In this document: positions 15,861-25,287 of the stretch, in pieces
Layout: each line of letters begins with the position of its first letter
How positions within the stretch are numbered: the first letter of the stretch is position 1
NCBI RefSeq assembly: GCF_000018105.1
Contig: NC_009926.1
Span: forward strand, 120,001 to 152,000
Direction: 5' to 3'
Source of the DNA: Acaryochloris marina MBIC11017
GTDB lineage: Bacteria; Cyanobacteriota; Cyanobacteriia; Thermosynechococcales; Thermosynechococcaceae
DNA: 32,000 nucleotides
The notes under the pieces: generated by a model
Databases searched by the model: none
What the model was told of the DNA's origin: nothing
The model's input: only the letters and a program-made list of their open reading frames with translations
Position numbers and translations under genes: made by a program

Positions 15861-16802
15861 TCACTTCACCATAACTTTAGTAATGTCATCCAAGACCCGA
15901 TGGGCTGCAAGAATATTGCGACCACCAGCCCAAACCTCTGATGGCACGTCATAGATTTCTCCCTTTTTGACGGCTGATAATTGCGAATAAAGGGGATCCT
16001 TAATAAACTCGTTCAGGGAAAGCTGCTGTCTAACTTTGCCCGTTAATAGGAAAATATAGTCTCCATCCAGTTGTTCAAAGGATTCGTTCGATACTAAACC
16101 CACGTGGATGGGCGGTCGGGTTTGAATGGGGGGGCGCTTAAATCCCAGTTCCTTAAAGATTGTGCCCGCAAAGCTTTTTTCACTATAGAAATAGACCGCT
16201 CCTTGGTGAGAAGCAACGATGGAAACAACTGTCTCTTGAGCATTCTGCATCTGTTGTTTGAGAGCGGCAATTCGATCTCGATAGGTCTTCAACAGTTGCT
16301 CGGCAAGATCACGCTTACCCAAAGCATCAGCGTACAGCCTTAAGTTATCAGGCCAGTTGCCGTCACGGCCCGTTTCCTCTGTCAGCACTGTCGGTGCAAT
16401 TTGCATCAGTTGTGGATAGATCTTCTCTGCGACAACCTTACTCCCCAGAATCAGGTCAGGCTTAAGTTCGATTATGGCTTCCAAACTGGGTCCATTAGGG
16501 GTTCCTACCGCAGCGATACCAATCGTGCGATCACCCAGATATTCCGCAAATTCTCCATCCCAGCCTGCGGAACCAACAGGCTTTACCTCAAGGGCTAAGG
16601 CGGCATCCAAGGGGGCTGAATCCAAGGTAACCACGCGCTGCGGCACTAGGGGGACTTGGGAGCGTCCCATAGCATGTTCGATGAGACGGGTTTCGGTCGA
16701 TACTCCAGTGTTTTGAACCGCCTGATGGCAGGCTGCCAACAGACAGAAAATCAGGGCAGAGAGGACCATCCGCCACCCGAACTGTTTTAGACTTATTTTC
16801 AT
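15861..16802 (-). CDS. periplasmic iron-siderophore binding lipoprotein (FecB/FhuD-type, cluster A ABC SBP)
   Basis: Lipoprotein signal MKISLKQFGWRMVLSALIFCLLAAC. Contains RVVTLD and PDLILG motifs. The ORF-track start at 16823 is TTG, so the ATG at 16802 is preferred. Confidence 0.85.
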   Translation of the reverse strand: MKISLKQFGWRMVLSALIFCLLAACHQAVQNTGVSTETRLIEHAMGRSQVPLVPQRVVTLDSAPLDAALALEVKPVGSAGWDGEFAEYLGDRTIGIAAVGTPNGPSLEAIIELKPDLILGSKVVAEKIYPQLMQIAPTVLTEETGRDGNWPDNLRLYADALGKRDLAEQLLKTYRDRIAALKQQMQNAQETVVSIVASHQGAVYFYSEKSFAGTIFKELGFKRPPIQTRPPIHVGLVSNESFEQLDGDYIFLLTGKVRQQLSLNEFIKDPLYSQLSAVKKGEIYDVPSEVWAGGRNILAAHRVLDDITKVMVK

Positions 16803-16834
16803 CTCAGTTTGGTCATCAGACAAAGCGTTTTTAA

Positions 16835-19429
16835 CTAAAACTCAAAGGAAACTGAACCAATAATCGTAAACCCCTCTCCGGGTCTGTTCTCAAAGACGCG
16901 GTTCCCTTCAGAACTATCAATAAAGTCAACATCAAAGAGATTGCGGAGGTTGAGGGCCACTTTCCAATTGTTGCGCTCGTAGAACAAGGCAGCATTAGTG
17001 AGGAAATAGTCCTCTAAAACAAAACTGTTGGCATTGTCCCCGAAACGATCGCTGACAAAGTTAAATCCCAGCCCGAACCCCAATCCTTCAAGGGGACCTT
17101 GCTGCACCTCATAGGTACTCCACAGATTGAAATTATGTCTAGGAACCCCAAACACGCGATTTCCCTGAATGCCATCATTGCTTTGGGTAATTTTGGCATC
17201 GGTGTAGGCATAATTTGCGACCAAATTCCAACCCGGCAGCAGCTCGCCAATTAAATCTAGCTCAATCCCACGGCTGCGTTGCTCTCCAGTAGGAATTGAG
17301 AAAGACTCTCCAGGTGGAGAATTCGGATCTAGGGTGGCGACGTTTTTCTTAGTGATTTCAAAAAAAGCTAAATTACCCGAGAATCTTCCCCCAAGCAGTT
17401 CAGTTTTTAGACCTACTTCAAACTGCTCACCGCGCTCAGGGTCTAATAAATCACCTGCAATAGTTGTACCAGAGTTGGGAGAGAAGGAGGTACTGTAGCT
17501 GGCAAACAAGGATAGCTCTTCGATGGGCTGATAAACGATACCTGCTCGGGGGCTGATGGCATCATCACTTTGGGTTGAACGGTTCCCTACCTCCAAATCC
17601 TCGGTCGTTTGCCGAACAGTATCGTAGCGAGCACCCACCAGAAGATGAAGATTATCCAGTAAGGTGACCTGATCCTGGAGGAAGATCCCCAATGAGTCAG
17701 TGCGGCTAAAGTCTGTTTGCGGAAGAGGATCATTAAAACTAGCGGGTCGAGGGATACCATATACAGGATTGAAGATATTGAAGGGTGGCTGGGGTGAAAA
17801 GTCAATGCGACCGAGGGCATAGAAATCCCGTCGATAAAGATCAACGCCAGCTAAGAGCGTATGCTGAACAGGCCCTGTAGCAAACTTTCCCACCACATTA
17901 GTTTGCAGTTCAAAGTTGTCAATTGGCTGAGCGTTCTGCACCCAGATTCGATTCAAATCCCCAGTGGCTTCGTTAATTCTAAATCCAAGATTAGATACAA
18001 ACTCCGGGGAGTAACTATAGAATGTAAAGCTATTCCGTACTTTCCAGGCATCGCTGAAGCGGTGTTCAAACTGGTAGCCTACCCTCAAAGTTTCAATGGT
18101 TGTATCATCACCTGGCTCGCCAGTGATCCGCTCGAAGGGGACATCGGCAATCCGATTACCAATAGCTGGGAGACCGCCGAAGTCTGTGGGCAAACGATCG
18201 TAGGAGTAGTCAAAGCTGAGTAGTAGATCGGTCTGTTCGCTAATTTTCCAGCTCAAGACGGGGGCAATGGAAAATTTTTGAATACTCGTGTCAAAATCTC
18301 GAATGGAATCTTCAGTTCGATAGACGCCATTGATTCGATAGGCTAAGCGTTTATCTTCAGTAAGTGGACCTGAGATGTCAAAACTGGGTTCATACAAATC
18401 TCGATTTCCAGCTCGAAACGATAGCTTATAAAATGGCTCTTCCGTAGGTTTCTTGCTGACCAAGTTAATCACGCCACCCGGTTCTAAGAAACCATACAAA
18501 ATAGCGGCGGGGCCTTTAAGTACCTCAATTTGCTCATAATTAGAGAGTTCTGGAAAGCCGAAATTACCCGTTCCGCCATTGGTAAGGCGGAACCCATCCC
18601 TGAGGACGGATCCAGAATTGAAGCCTCGGATAATAAACCGCTGGCCTCGCTGATCGTTAGAGCTAGAAACCACGCCACTAGAATTACGCAGGGCATCATT
18701 GAGACGCAGCACCTGCTGATCTTCAATCACTTCCTTAGGAATCACCTGGATCGATTGAGGGATGTCGCGCAGCGGCGTATCGGTCCGAGTTGCAGTACTG
18801 GCATTGGGCACCACGTAGGAGCTATCCCGATCTGCTGTCACCGTAATTTCAATCTCTTCGTCCTCGCCATCGGCTATCGCTCCTGGTGTCACTGCTAACA
18901 CTAGACCTGCGGATGTTGCAGAAACCTCGGCCACAGGTGGTGCATTTGTCCCTACTATCTCTATCTGCACCCTGTCTCCAAGCAAGCTTCGCACACTCAC
19001 CCGGTCAATCCCAAGTGCGGGATTAGGTTGCTCAAAGTCATTCCCCTCAGGCAGTTGTAGCACTGCGTTGGGAATCTCTACTGTCAGCACATTCCCGGAT
19101 ACCGTGGGGGTAGGCAAGGACAACGCATCAACAGCCGTTTCAAGAACCACTTGCAGACCCGTCGCTGTTGACTGTAGACGAACCGCCGTAATTTCCACCT
19201 GGGAGGCTTCAATTTGAGCCATCCACTCAGCGACCGTTGGGGACGCTTGGGAGGGTGTCTCAATCGGGGTAGAGATCGATTCGACAGGGGAACTCTGAGC
19301 GTTCTCAACATTGAGCTGCTGGGCAACCGCAGCTAGGCCCCAACCTGATGACACTATCGTCATTAAACTGATGACTCCTGAATGCCTCAGGGCAACTTTC
19401 TCAAGCTTACCCGGTTGATTACGGACCAT
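16835..19429 (-). CDS. TonB-dependent siderophore receptor with N-terminal AMIN-like domain (864 aa)
   Basis: Signal peptide, then an AMIN-like ~100 aa segment (VEITAVRLQSTATGLQVVLET...VQIEIVG). Plug domain follows (TATRTDTPLRDIPQSIQVI, IEVLKGPAAILYG), then a 22-strand barrel ending in ...SVSFEF. Confidence 0.92.
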   Translation of the reverse strand: MVRNQPGKLEKVALRHSGVISLMTIVSSGWGLAAVAQQLNVENAQSSPVESISTPIETPSQASPTVAEWMAQIEASQVEITAVRLQSTATGLQVVLETAVDALSLPTPTVSGNVLTVEIPNAVLQLPEGNDFEQPNPALGIDRVSVRSLLGDRVQIEIVGTNAPPVAEVSATSAGLVLAVTPGAIADGEDEEIEITVTADRDSSYVVPNASTATRTDTPLRDIPQSIQVIPKEVIEDQQVLRLNDALRNSSGVVSSSNDQRGQRFIIRGFNSGSVLRDGFRLTNGGTGNFGFPELSNYEQIEVLKGPAAILYGFLEPGGVINLVSKKPTEEPFYKLSFRAGNRDLYEPSFDISGPLTEDKRLAYRINGVYRTEDSIRDFDTSIQKFSIAPVLSWKISEQTDLLLSFDYSYDRLPTDFGGLPAIGNRIADVPFERITGEPGDDTTIETLRVGYQFEHRFSDAWKVRNSFTFYSYSPEFVSNLGFRINEATGDLNRIWVQNAQPIDNFELQTNVVGKFATGPVQHTLLAGVDLYRRDFYALGRIDFSPQPPFNIFNPVYGIPRPASFNDPLPQTDFSRTDSLGIFLQDQVTLLDNLHLLVGARYDTVRQTTEDLEVGNRSTQSDDAISPRAGIVYQPIEELSLFASYSTSFSPNSGTTIAGDLLDPERGEQFEVGLKTELLGGRFSGNLAFFEITKKNVATLDPNSPPGESFSIPTGEQRSRGIELDLIGELLPGWNLVANYAYTDAKITQSNDGIQGNRVFGVPRHNFNLWSTYEVQQGPLEGLGFGLGFNFVSDRFGDNANSFVLEDYFLTNAALFYERNNWKVALNLRNLFDVDFIDSSEGNRVFENRPGEGFTIIGSVSFEF

Positions 19430-19443
19430 GCCTCACACCCAAA

Positions 19444-19462
19444 ATTGTTCATAATTATTCTT
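19444..19462 (-). promoter_or_regulatory. AT-rich Fur-like box (minus strand AAGAATAATTATGAACAAT)
   Basis: About 10/19 matches to the Fur consensus. Its first 10 nt match the stronger box at 30824 in 8/10 positions. Ends 15 nt upstream of the receptor ATG. Confidence 0.35.
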
Positions 19463-19481
19463 AATTAGGACATCTTAGGTC

Positions 19482-19535
19482 GGCTGGGATCGAGCGTCAG
19501 TTCCCAGCGGGATCTTTTTCATCCCCAGCAGGATC
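19482..19535 (-). promoter_or_regulatory. three GATCC(C/T)-led direct repeats phased 21 and 23 bp apart (candidate AraC-type operator)
   Basis: The minus strand reads GATCCTGCTGGGGA-tgaaaaa-GATCCCGCTGGGAA-ctgacgctc-GATCCCAGCC. The proximal 33 nt are 28/33 identical to 20917-20949. Confidence 0.35.
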
Positions 19536-19569
19536 GGATGAATAATGGATGTGATTGATACGGTTTAAC

Positions 19570-19599
19570 TTCCAAAAGGTTTGGGCAACCCTTTTGGAA
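19570..19599 (-). terminator. hairpin TTCCAAAAGG-N10-CCTTTTGGAA downstream of the Suc_Fer-like gene
   Basis: Perfect 10-bp stem, 53-82 nt past the stop codon at 19652. No clear U-tract. Confidence 0.35.
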
Positions 19600-19651
19600 T
19601 TAGACAAATTCTTACAGCCTATGTCTGATAAAGGTTCTAAGCTGAGCAATG

Positions 19652-20749
19652 TCACTTTAGTTTGACTAAGCGACTGAGACGATATTGGGGAACAGGTTTC
19701 AACTGTACCGCTTCTCCAAGTTTCGGTGATTTTCCCGCAGTCATCACGCTCTCACTCATTTCGACCCGAGCAAAGTAGGTACCTGCTCTTGTTTGGTCTG
19801 GGCTGGTAAATTGAATCTGTACTTCTGCCCAGATCGCATCCCGTGTCCACTGTTCCAAGAAAAATTGAACTCGCTTTAGCGGAATGAGCTTTAGTAGTGG
19901 GTACAAATATCGCTTGATTCCTATCAACCCTTTGCGGGTAGTCTTGCCAGATTTGTCCTGAGTAAGCCAGTCCCACCCCTCACGCATCCAAATATCCCGT
20001 TCGGCAATCTGCTCAAACTTACTTAGGCCACTCCAACCTCGATAATGTGATCTCAGTTTTGCAACCTCACCTTGCTGATTGACAAGTAAATCAACGATCT
20101 CTGGCTCCAAATGCCCCCAATAGTGCCCCCGAGGTAAATCAATTAGGGTCGGGGCAAATTTGTGGCCGCCAAAATGGCTGCACCGCCATACCCGCAGATG
20201 GTTGTTGGGCTGAGTCGCGTAACCTTCCCGTAGGTTTTTATATATGGGGTAACCAAACCGAGCGCATGCCGCATCGACATTACCATGGGTGCAGACGAGG
20301 ATCTCGCGTATATGGGTAGTTTCTTGCCGAAAGTGGTGGAACGCCGAAAACTCGTTGGGCTGCTTCATCAAATGCTTTAGTAACGCTGTGACAAGCCGTG
20401 GAAACTCAGCTTCCGGGACGATGAACTCTTGTTTTTTATATTGAGTAAAGAGCTTCTGAGCCCGATGGAAATAGATGATCCGTGTCTCTCCAGGGCGCGA
20501 ATACACCTTATCCGGGGCAATCAAAATGGGCTGTATTACTACGCCATACTTCGTAAATAAATGCCTGAATAGTTTAATCAGTGGCGCAATTCTCGGATCT
20601 TCCTTGAACATTTTTTCAATCCAGGGTTGAGCTAGCTCGATCAGGAGCCAGTGGTCAACCGTTCTGGCCGTCCCAATCGGGTCTTCGCCATTTTGCTTAG
20701 ACACCAGGGAACAAAATCGACAGTCGGATAAAGCTGTCTGAGTCAACAT
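19652..20749 (-). CDS. sucrase/ferredoxin-like (Suc_Fer-like, thioredoxin-like [2Fe-2S]) family protein with C-terminal extension
   Basis: ILVCTHGNVDAACARFG (C-X8-C) and CSHFGGHKFAP (H-X-G-G-H) match the Apd1/Aim32-type ligand pattern. The N-terminal PIGTA...WLLIELAQPW is typical of the family. The track start at 20761 is TTG; the first ATG is at 20749. Confidence 0.8.
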   Translation of the reverse strand: MLTQTALSDCRFCSLVSKQNGEDPIGTARTVDHWLLIELAQPWIEKMFKEDPRIAPLIKLFRHLFTKYGVVIQPILIAPDKVYSRPGETRIIYFHRAQKLFTQYKKQEFIVPEAEFPRLVTALLKHLMKQPNEFSAFHHFRQETTHIREILVCTHGNVDAACARFGYPIYKNLREGYATQPNNHLRVWRCSHFGGHKFAPTLIDLPRGHYWGHLEPEIVDLLVNQQGEVAKLRSHYRGWSGLSKFEQIAERDIWMREGWDWLTQDKSGKTTRKGLIGIKRYLYPLLKLIPLKRVQFFLEQWTRDAIWAEVQIQFTSPDQTRAGTYFARVEMSESVMTAGKSPKLGEAVQLKPVPQYRLSRLVKLK

Positions 20750-20840
20750 AATTTCTCTCAAGTACTCAACAACAGACGGTGTTGTGGGGCGGTCGCGTTT
20801 TTAATAAATGCAAATTTTATGGAATTTTTTATTATTTTAC

Positions 20841-20859
20841 TTAGATGAAAATCATGTTT
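20841..20859. promoter_or_regulatory. Fur-box-like site ttagATGAAAATCATgttt
   Basis: 11/19 matches to the consensus, with the core ATGAaAATCAT matching 10/11. Lies 92-110 nt upstream of the ATG at 20749. Confidence 0.4.
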
Positions 20860-20916
20860 GATTTTTCAAGGTTCGGCAAGCTTCTACACAAATAAGCCCC
20901 TTTGCCTCAACTTAAA

Positions 20917-20952
20917 GGCTCGGATTGGGCGTCAGTTCCCCGCGGGATTGGG
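20917..20952 (-). promoter_or_regulatory. second copy of the 33-bp RATCC-repeat element
   Basis: The minus strand reads AATCCCGCGGGGAACTGACGCCCAATCCGAGCC. 28/33 identical to the element at 19482-19514. The internal AATCC repeats start 23 bp apart. Begins 7 nt after the AraC stop codon. Confidence 0.35.
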
Positions 20953-20958
20953 AAGGAA

Positions 20959-21945
20959 CTATTGACGCAGTGTTCGTGGATTGACGCCGAACTGCTGCCG
21001 AAACGCTGCAGCAAAATGACCTTGGCTAACATAGCCCACGCTTGCAGCCGCCTGAGTGACCGTGCTGCCTCCGATCAACAAAAGCTGCTTGGCCCGCTCC
21101 AGTCGCTGCACCTTTACATAACCAAACACCGTTTGCCCGAACACCTGCCGAAATCCCACCTTGAGCTTGTATTCATTCAGTCCCACCCGACGAGCCAACA
21201 CCGCAATCGAGGGGGGATGGGACAATTCGCGATCAAGAATGTCAGCAGCTAAATGTACATAGTCCAGATCTGCTGCCTTGAGGGGGGTGGACGCACTATT
21301 TCCTTGCTCCAAGGCCAGCCACTGTTCCAGTTGTAGCACCAGTAGTTCCTGCGCTTTACTCTCAAGGTAGAGCCGCCTCATGCCCTGTTTATAGGGACAG
21401 TTAAGAATTTGCTGCAGAATCGCATGCATGGTGGGTGTCATCTTTCCCAAACACTGATGAAAGCGATAGGGAGGGTCTGCATTCAACAGCATTTGGAGAT
21501 GGAGCGGAAGTACCGAAGCTCCCAGCTTTTGCAACCAGCATGGGTCTACATATATGCGCAACAGATGGAGTCGCTGATTCGCTAAATAAATTTCTTTTTC
21601 TTCGATCTCAGGAAGGGAAAATAAATAGCTGTACCCTGCTCTCTCGCAATATTCTGTTGGAATATTGGGAATATTAGGGCTGTGAACATGATGTTCCCCA
21701 GATAGATAAAACTTGGCAACCAGTTGTGGTTGGGCATCATGAGTGTTCCTGACACACAAATCACGGTGATAATAGCTATCTGATGCCTCTAAACAAAAGA
21801 TGGGGGAGAACTGTATACCCCAAACCTGATCCTTGCTAAATCGGTGACTGCAACTAGCCATTACATCAAAGTCGCTATGGAAAACAATTGATCCGTGACT
21901 ATCTAACGTATTCAGCCACTGCTGGTTGTAGGCAGTACGAGTCAT
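20959..21945 (-). CDS. AraC/XylS family regulator (PchR-like, siderophore-cluster associated)
   Basis: C-terminal double HTH ([28 protein letters not shown]...[21 protein letters not shown]). The start at 21945 makes an ATGA overlap with the ATPase stop. Alternative in-frame ATGs lie at 21954 and 21999. Confidence 0.85.
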   Translation of the reverse strand: MTRTAYNQQWLNTLDSHGSIVFHSDFDVMASCSHRFSKDQVWGIQFSPIFCLEASDSYYHRDLCVRNTHDAQPQLVAKFYLSGEHHVHSPNIPNIPTEYCERAGYSYLFSLPEIEEKEIYLANQRLHLLRIYVDPCWLQKLGASVLPLHLQMLLNADPPYRFHQCLGKMTPTMHAILQQILNCPYKQGMRRLYLESKAQELLVLQLEQWLALEQGNSASTPLKAADLDYVHLAADILDRELSHPPSIAVLARRVGLNEYKLKVGFRQVFGQTVFGYVKVQRLERAKQLLLIGGSTVTQAAASVGYVSQGHFAAAFRQQFGVNPRTLRQ

Positions 21946-22775
21946 AATTTCCATGTAACATCTCTCGCTTGTATGACTTTGCGACCAATGGGAATACATA
22001 AAGGTGTTCCTGCAACCGGATCACTCACAATTTGACTTTCCAGACCAAAAACTTCCTGTACCATTGTTTCCGTCATCACCCGTTCGGGATGGCCCTGCTT
22101 GTAAACTCTGCCATCTCGGATCGCCACTAGATGATCGCCATAACGGCAAGCCTGGTTCAAATCATGCAACACCATCACAATGGTGCGGCCTTGTTCTTGA
22201 TTCAAGTCATAGAGCAGATCGAGCACTTCCATCTGATGAGCCAAATCAAGATAGGTGGTCGGTTCATCTAGCAGCAATATTTCCGTATCCTGCGCTAGGG
22301 TCATAGCAATCCAGGCTCGCTGTCTCTGTCCACCGGACAGATTATCTAAAGCGTAATGGGAAAACTCATGCATCTGGGTAATCGATAAGGCCCAGTTCAC
22401 CTGCTTTTCATCGTCTTTAGACCATTGCTGCAGCCAACCCTGATGAGGATAGCGACCTTGGGCTACCAAATCTCTCACGGTCAATCCTTCTGGGGCAGTG
22501 GGTCCTTGAGGGAGCAACCCTAATCGTTTAGCAATAGCCTTGCTGGACAGTTTGGCAATCGATTCACTCCCCAGATACACCACGCCATGCTTGGGCTTGA
22601 GTAATCGGCCTAATCCCTTGAGCAACGTAGACTTTCCACAACCGTTCGGCCCTACCAAAATCGTGATTTTGCCCGTAGGAATGGCTAAATCCAGGGACTC
22701 AATGATAACTTTGCCTTCATAAGCTAGCTTGAGCTTCCGGGTCGTGAGGGCGTATGCAGTAGTGTCAGTGATCAT
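21942..22775 (-). CDS. iron-siderophore ABC importer ATPase (FecE/FhuC type)
   Basis: Walker [10 protein letters not shown], signature LSGGQRQR, Walker B LLLDEPT. ATGA overlap with the upstream permease. Confidence 0.92.
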   Translation of the reverse strand: MITDTTAYALTTRKLKLAYEGKVIIESLDLAIPTGKITILVGPNGCGKSTLLKGLGRLLKPKHGVVYLGSESIAKLSSKAIAKRLGLLPQGPTAPEGLTVRDLVAQGRYPHQGWLQQWSKDDEKQVNWALSITQMHEFSHYALDNLSGGQRQRAWIAMTLAQDTEILLLDEPTTYLDLAHQMEVLDLLYDLNQEQGRTIVMVLHDLNQACRYGDHLVAIRDGRVYKQGHPERVMTETMVQEVFGLESQIVSDPVAGTPLCIPIGRKVIQARDVTWKL

Positions 22776-23815
22776 GAGTTGCGATCTCGAATCAACAAAT
22801 ACAGAAAATAAGGCGCTCCCACAATCGCCGTAATAATTCCACAGGGCAGTTCAATCGGTGCAAACAGAAGACGACCCAGTAGGTCAGCGACCACCACCAC
22901 AAATCCCCCAGTTAAAGCAGCTACAGGCAGTAATCCTTCATGGGAAGGGCCTACCATTTGCCGTCCCAAATGGGGGGCCATTAAACCCACAAAACCGATA
23001 CCGCCTGCTGTCGCCACTGCAGAACCCGCCAAGGCCACACCGCTGAGTAACAATAGACCCCGCTGGAGTTCCAAGCGACTGCCCAGACTGCGGGCAACGT
23101 CATCGCCCAATTGGAGGACATTCAATTCCCGGCTCATTAACAGGCTGAGCAAGCCAAACCCGATTAGCCATGGCACAAATACATTCAACTGCTCCCAACT
23201 GCGCCCATAGACACTGCCTGCGAGCCACACCAGTGCCTGACTGACGTTGTAGATATTGCCAAAGGTGACCATCAAATTGGTCAGTGCCCCGGCAATCAAG
23301 CTGAAACCCACGCCAACTAAAATCAAGCGAACAGGGGAACTACCGCCCTTCCAAGCCAACAGATAAATCAGGACAGCTACAGTAAATGCCCCACCAAAGG
23401 CAGCCACAGGAATTAAAGCAACGGGCAATTCTGGGTACAGCACCACTAAGGTGACAGCGGCCAATGAAGCCCCAGCGTTCACACCAATGATGCCGGGGGA
23501 TGCTAAAGGATTACGCGTAATCCCCTGGGTAATCGTGCCCGCGATGGCCAGTCCCATGCCCACCCCCCAGGCTACCAAGGTTCTTGGCAAACGCAGGGTC
23601 ATGACAATAAAGGCAAAGTCAGAATTACTCGTTTCTAACCCCAAAACAGTTTTAATCACATCCAGAGGAGGAACCGGATACTCACCTTGCCCCACACTCA
23701 GGACCATCACGACTAGCGTCGCTAGAATCAGTCCCAATAAAATGCCAGGAACTCGTCGGTCGAGATGAAACGAGATCGGGATCTGTGGAGGACGAACAAC
23801 GAGCCACTGCTTCAT
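22772..23815 (-). CDS. FecCD-family iron-siderophore ABC permease (second permease)
   Basis: The FecCD signature begins after MKQWLVV ([19 protein letters not shown]...[15 protein letters not shown]). The ATG at 23815 makes an ATGA overlap with the upstream permease stop. The 98-aa N-terminal extension in the ORF track overlaps that gene and is not credible. Confidence 0.9.
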   Translation of the reverse strand: MKQWLVVRPPQIPISFHLDRRVPGILLGLILATLVVMVLSVGQGEYPVPPLDVIKTVLGLETSNSDFAFIVMTLRLPRTLVAWGVGMGLAIAGTITQGITRNPLASPGIIGVNAGASLAAVTLVVLYPELPVALIPVAAFGGAFTVAVLIYLLAWKGGSSPVRLILVGVGFSLIAGALTNLMVTFGNIYNVSQALVWLAGSVYGRSWEQLNVFVPWLIGFGLLSLLMSRELNVLQLGDDVARSLGSRLELQRGLLLLSGVALAGSAVATAGGIGFVGLMAPHLGRQMVGPSHEGLLPVAALTGGFVVVVADLLGRLLFAPIELPCGIITAIVGAPYFLYLLIRDRNS

Positions 23816-24837
23816 CGTCGCACCTGCCAGCGGGTTAAGTAGATAAAGAAGGGTGCACCTACTAAAGGCATCACCAGACCCACGGGGAGTTCCTGGGGTT
23901 GAATGATCAGCCTGGCCCCAATATCTGCAACCAGCAATAGAATCGCTCCCGTAATGGCAGAGTAGGGCAAAATCCAACGGTAATCGACGCCGACCCAGAA
24001 CCGAACAATGTGGGGAATAATCAGACCCACAAAGCCAATCGGTCCCGCGATCGCAACCGACCCACCCGCGAGCAAAATAATACTCACCGCTGCAGTCACC
24101 TTGATCCAAGCCGTATTCTGGCCCAAACCTTGGGCAATATCCTCACCCAAGCTCAGGGTGGTGAGCTGTTTGCCCAACGCCATAGCAATCACCATTCCCA
24201 CCACTAGATACGGTAGAACCTGAACCACTAAGTCTAAATCCCGCCCTGCGACAGAACCCGCGAGCCAAAAGCGAATCTCCTCCAAGGTTCGCTGACTCAG
24301 GATCAGGACTCCCGTAGTAATCGACGACACCAAGGCCGTAAACGCAGCCCCAGCAATTGTCAGATTGAGTGGCGTCAATCCGCCTCTACCCAAAGAACCG
24401 AGGGCATAAACCGTGATGGCTGCAATCGCAGCTCCCAGTAGGGCAAACCCCGCATAGATACTGAGGGACGTCGTTCCTAGCCAAAACACTGACCCCACAA
24501 CAGCCAATGCAGCTCCAGCATTAATCCCCAAAATACCAGGGTCAGCTAAAGGGTTCCGGGTGAGTCCTTGCATCATGGCCCCTGCCACTGCAACGGCACC
24601 CCCCACGAGCAAAGCGGTAATGGAGCGAGGAATCCGAACTGTCCGGATAATCAGTTGATCCGTCGAACCATCAAAGGCCGTCAAGGCTTCATAGACCGTC
24701 TTGGGACTGATATCCGCAACCCCTAAACCAACACTGGCCATAAAGCAGACAAACAATAGCCCTAATCCCAGAATCAACCCAAATCCCAAGGGGAGAGTGG
24801 ACCGAATTGACGGACGTTGGTGTGAGGTCGTAGACAC
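23812..24837 (-). CDS. FecCD-family iron-siderophore ABC permease (first permease)
   Basis: [45 protein letters not shown] start at 24837 with GAGGA 6-7 nt upstream. No in-frame ATG precedes TM1. Confidence 0.88.
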   Translation of the reverse strand: MSTTSHQRPSIRSTLPLGFGLILGLGLLFVCFMASVGLGVADISPKTVYEALTAFDGSTDQLIIRTVRIPRSITALLVGGAVAVAGAMMQGLTRNPLADPGILGINAGAALAVVGSVFWLGTTSLSIYAGFALLGAAIAAITVYALGSLGRGGLTPLNLTIAGAAFTALVSSITTGVLILSQRTLEEIRFWLAGSVAGRDLDLVVQVLPYLVVGMVIAMALGKQLTTLSLGEDIAQGLGQNTAWIKVTAAVSIILLAGGSVAIAGPIGFVGLIIPHIVRFWVGVDYRWILPYSAITGAILLLVADIGARLIIQPQELPVGLVMPLVGAPFFIYLTRWQVRR

Positions 24838-24882
24838 TTTAGTCCTCGATTGAAATACGGATCAAGAAACACTTCCTGTTAG

Positions 24883-25287
24883 TTACTGCTTTTTCTGAGC
24901 AGCAATGGCAAGTTTCGCCCCTTCAATTTCTCGGATGCGATCCATGACCGTGATGACGCGACCATGACCCACCTCTTCATCCGCATGGATCACCACCACC
25001 ACCTTTTCGGCAGTGTCGGTTAGGTCCCTGACTTCCTGCTCCAGCGCATCCAGTTGAATAGGTTCGCGATTGAGGGCCAAATCCCCTTCGGCATCCACCG
25101 TGACGGTTACCTTAGTGGAGATCTGGGGCTTCGCCGTTTTAGCTTGGGGCAAATTTACGGGTAAGGCATCACTGCGGTTAAGGAATAGGGTGGCAATGAT
25201 GAAAAAAGACAAAATGGCAAAAATAACGTCGATCATCGGCACAATATTGATTTGAGCCGGTGGATTGGGATCATCGGGTAGACGCAT
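24883..25287 (-). CDS. exbD: ExbD/TolR biopolymer transport protein
   Basis: INIVPMIDVIFAILSFFII single TM plus a periplasmic domain. The ATG at 25287 is preceded by GAGGAGG. The track start at 25308 is also an ATG but overlaps exbB by 38 nt. Confidence 0.85.
   Translation of the reverse strand: MRLPDDPNPPAQINIVPMIDVIFAILSFFIIATLFLNRSDALPVNLPQAKTAKPQISTKVTVTVDAEGDLALNREPIQLDALEQEVRDLTDTAEKVVVVIHADEEVGHGRVITVMDRIREIEGAKLAIAAQKKQ

Noticed and set aside
20858-20869. TTGATTTTTCAA as a third FNR-type site upstream of the Suc_Fer-like gene
   Set aside because: The arms are TTGA/TCAA with only 4 nt between them, where FNR geometry needs 6. The centre is also not symmetric. It more likely belongs to the adjacent AT-rich Fur-like region.
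23816-24109. 98-aa N-terminal extension of the second permease ORF (track ORF 22772-24109)
   Set aside because: It lies entirely inside the first permease gene in another frame and has no membrane-protein character. The ATG at 23815 gives a canonical FecCD N-terminus and an ATGA junction.
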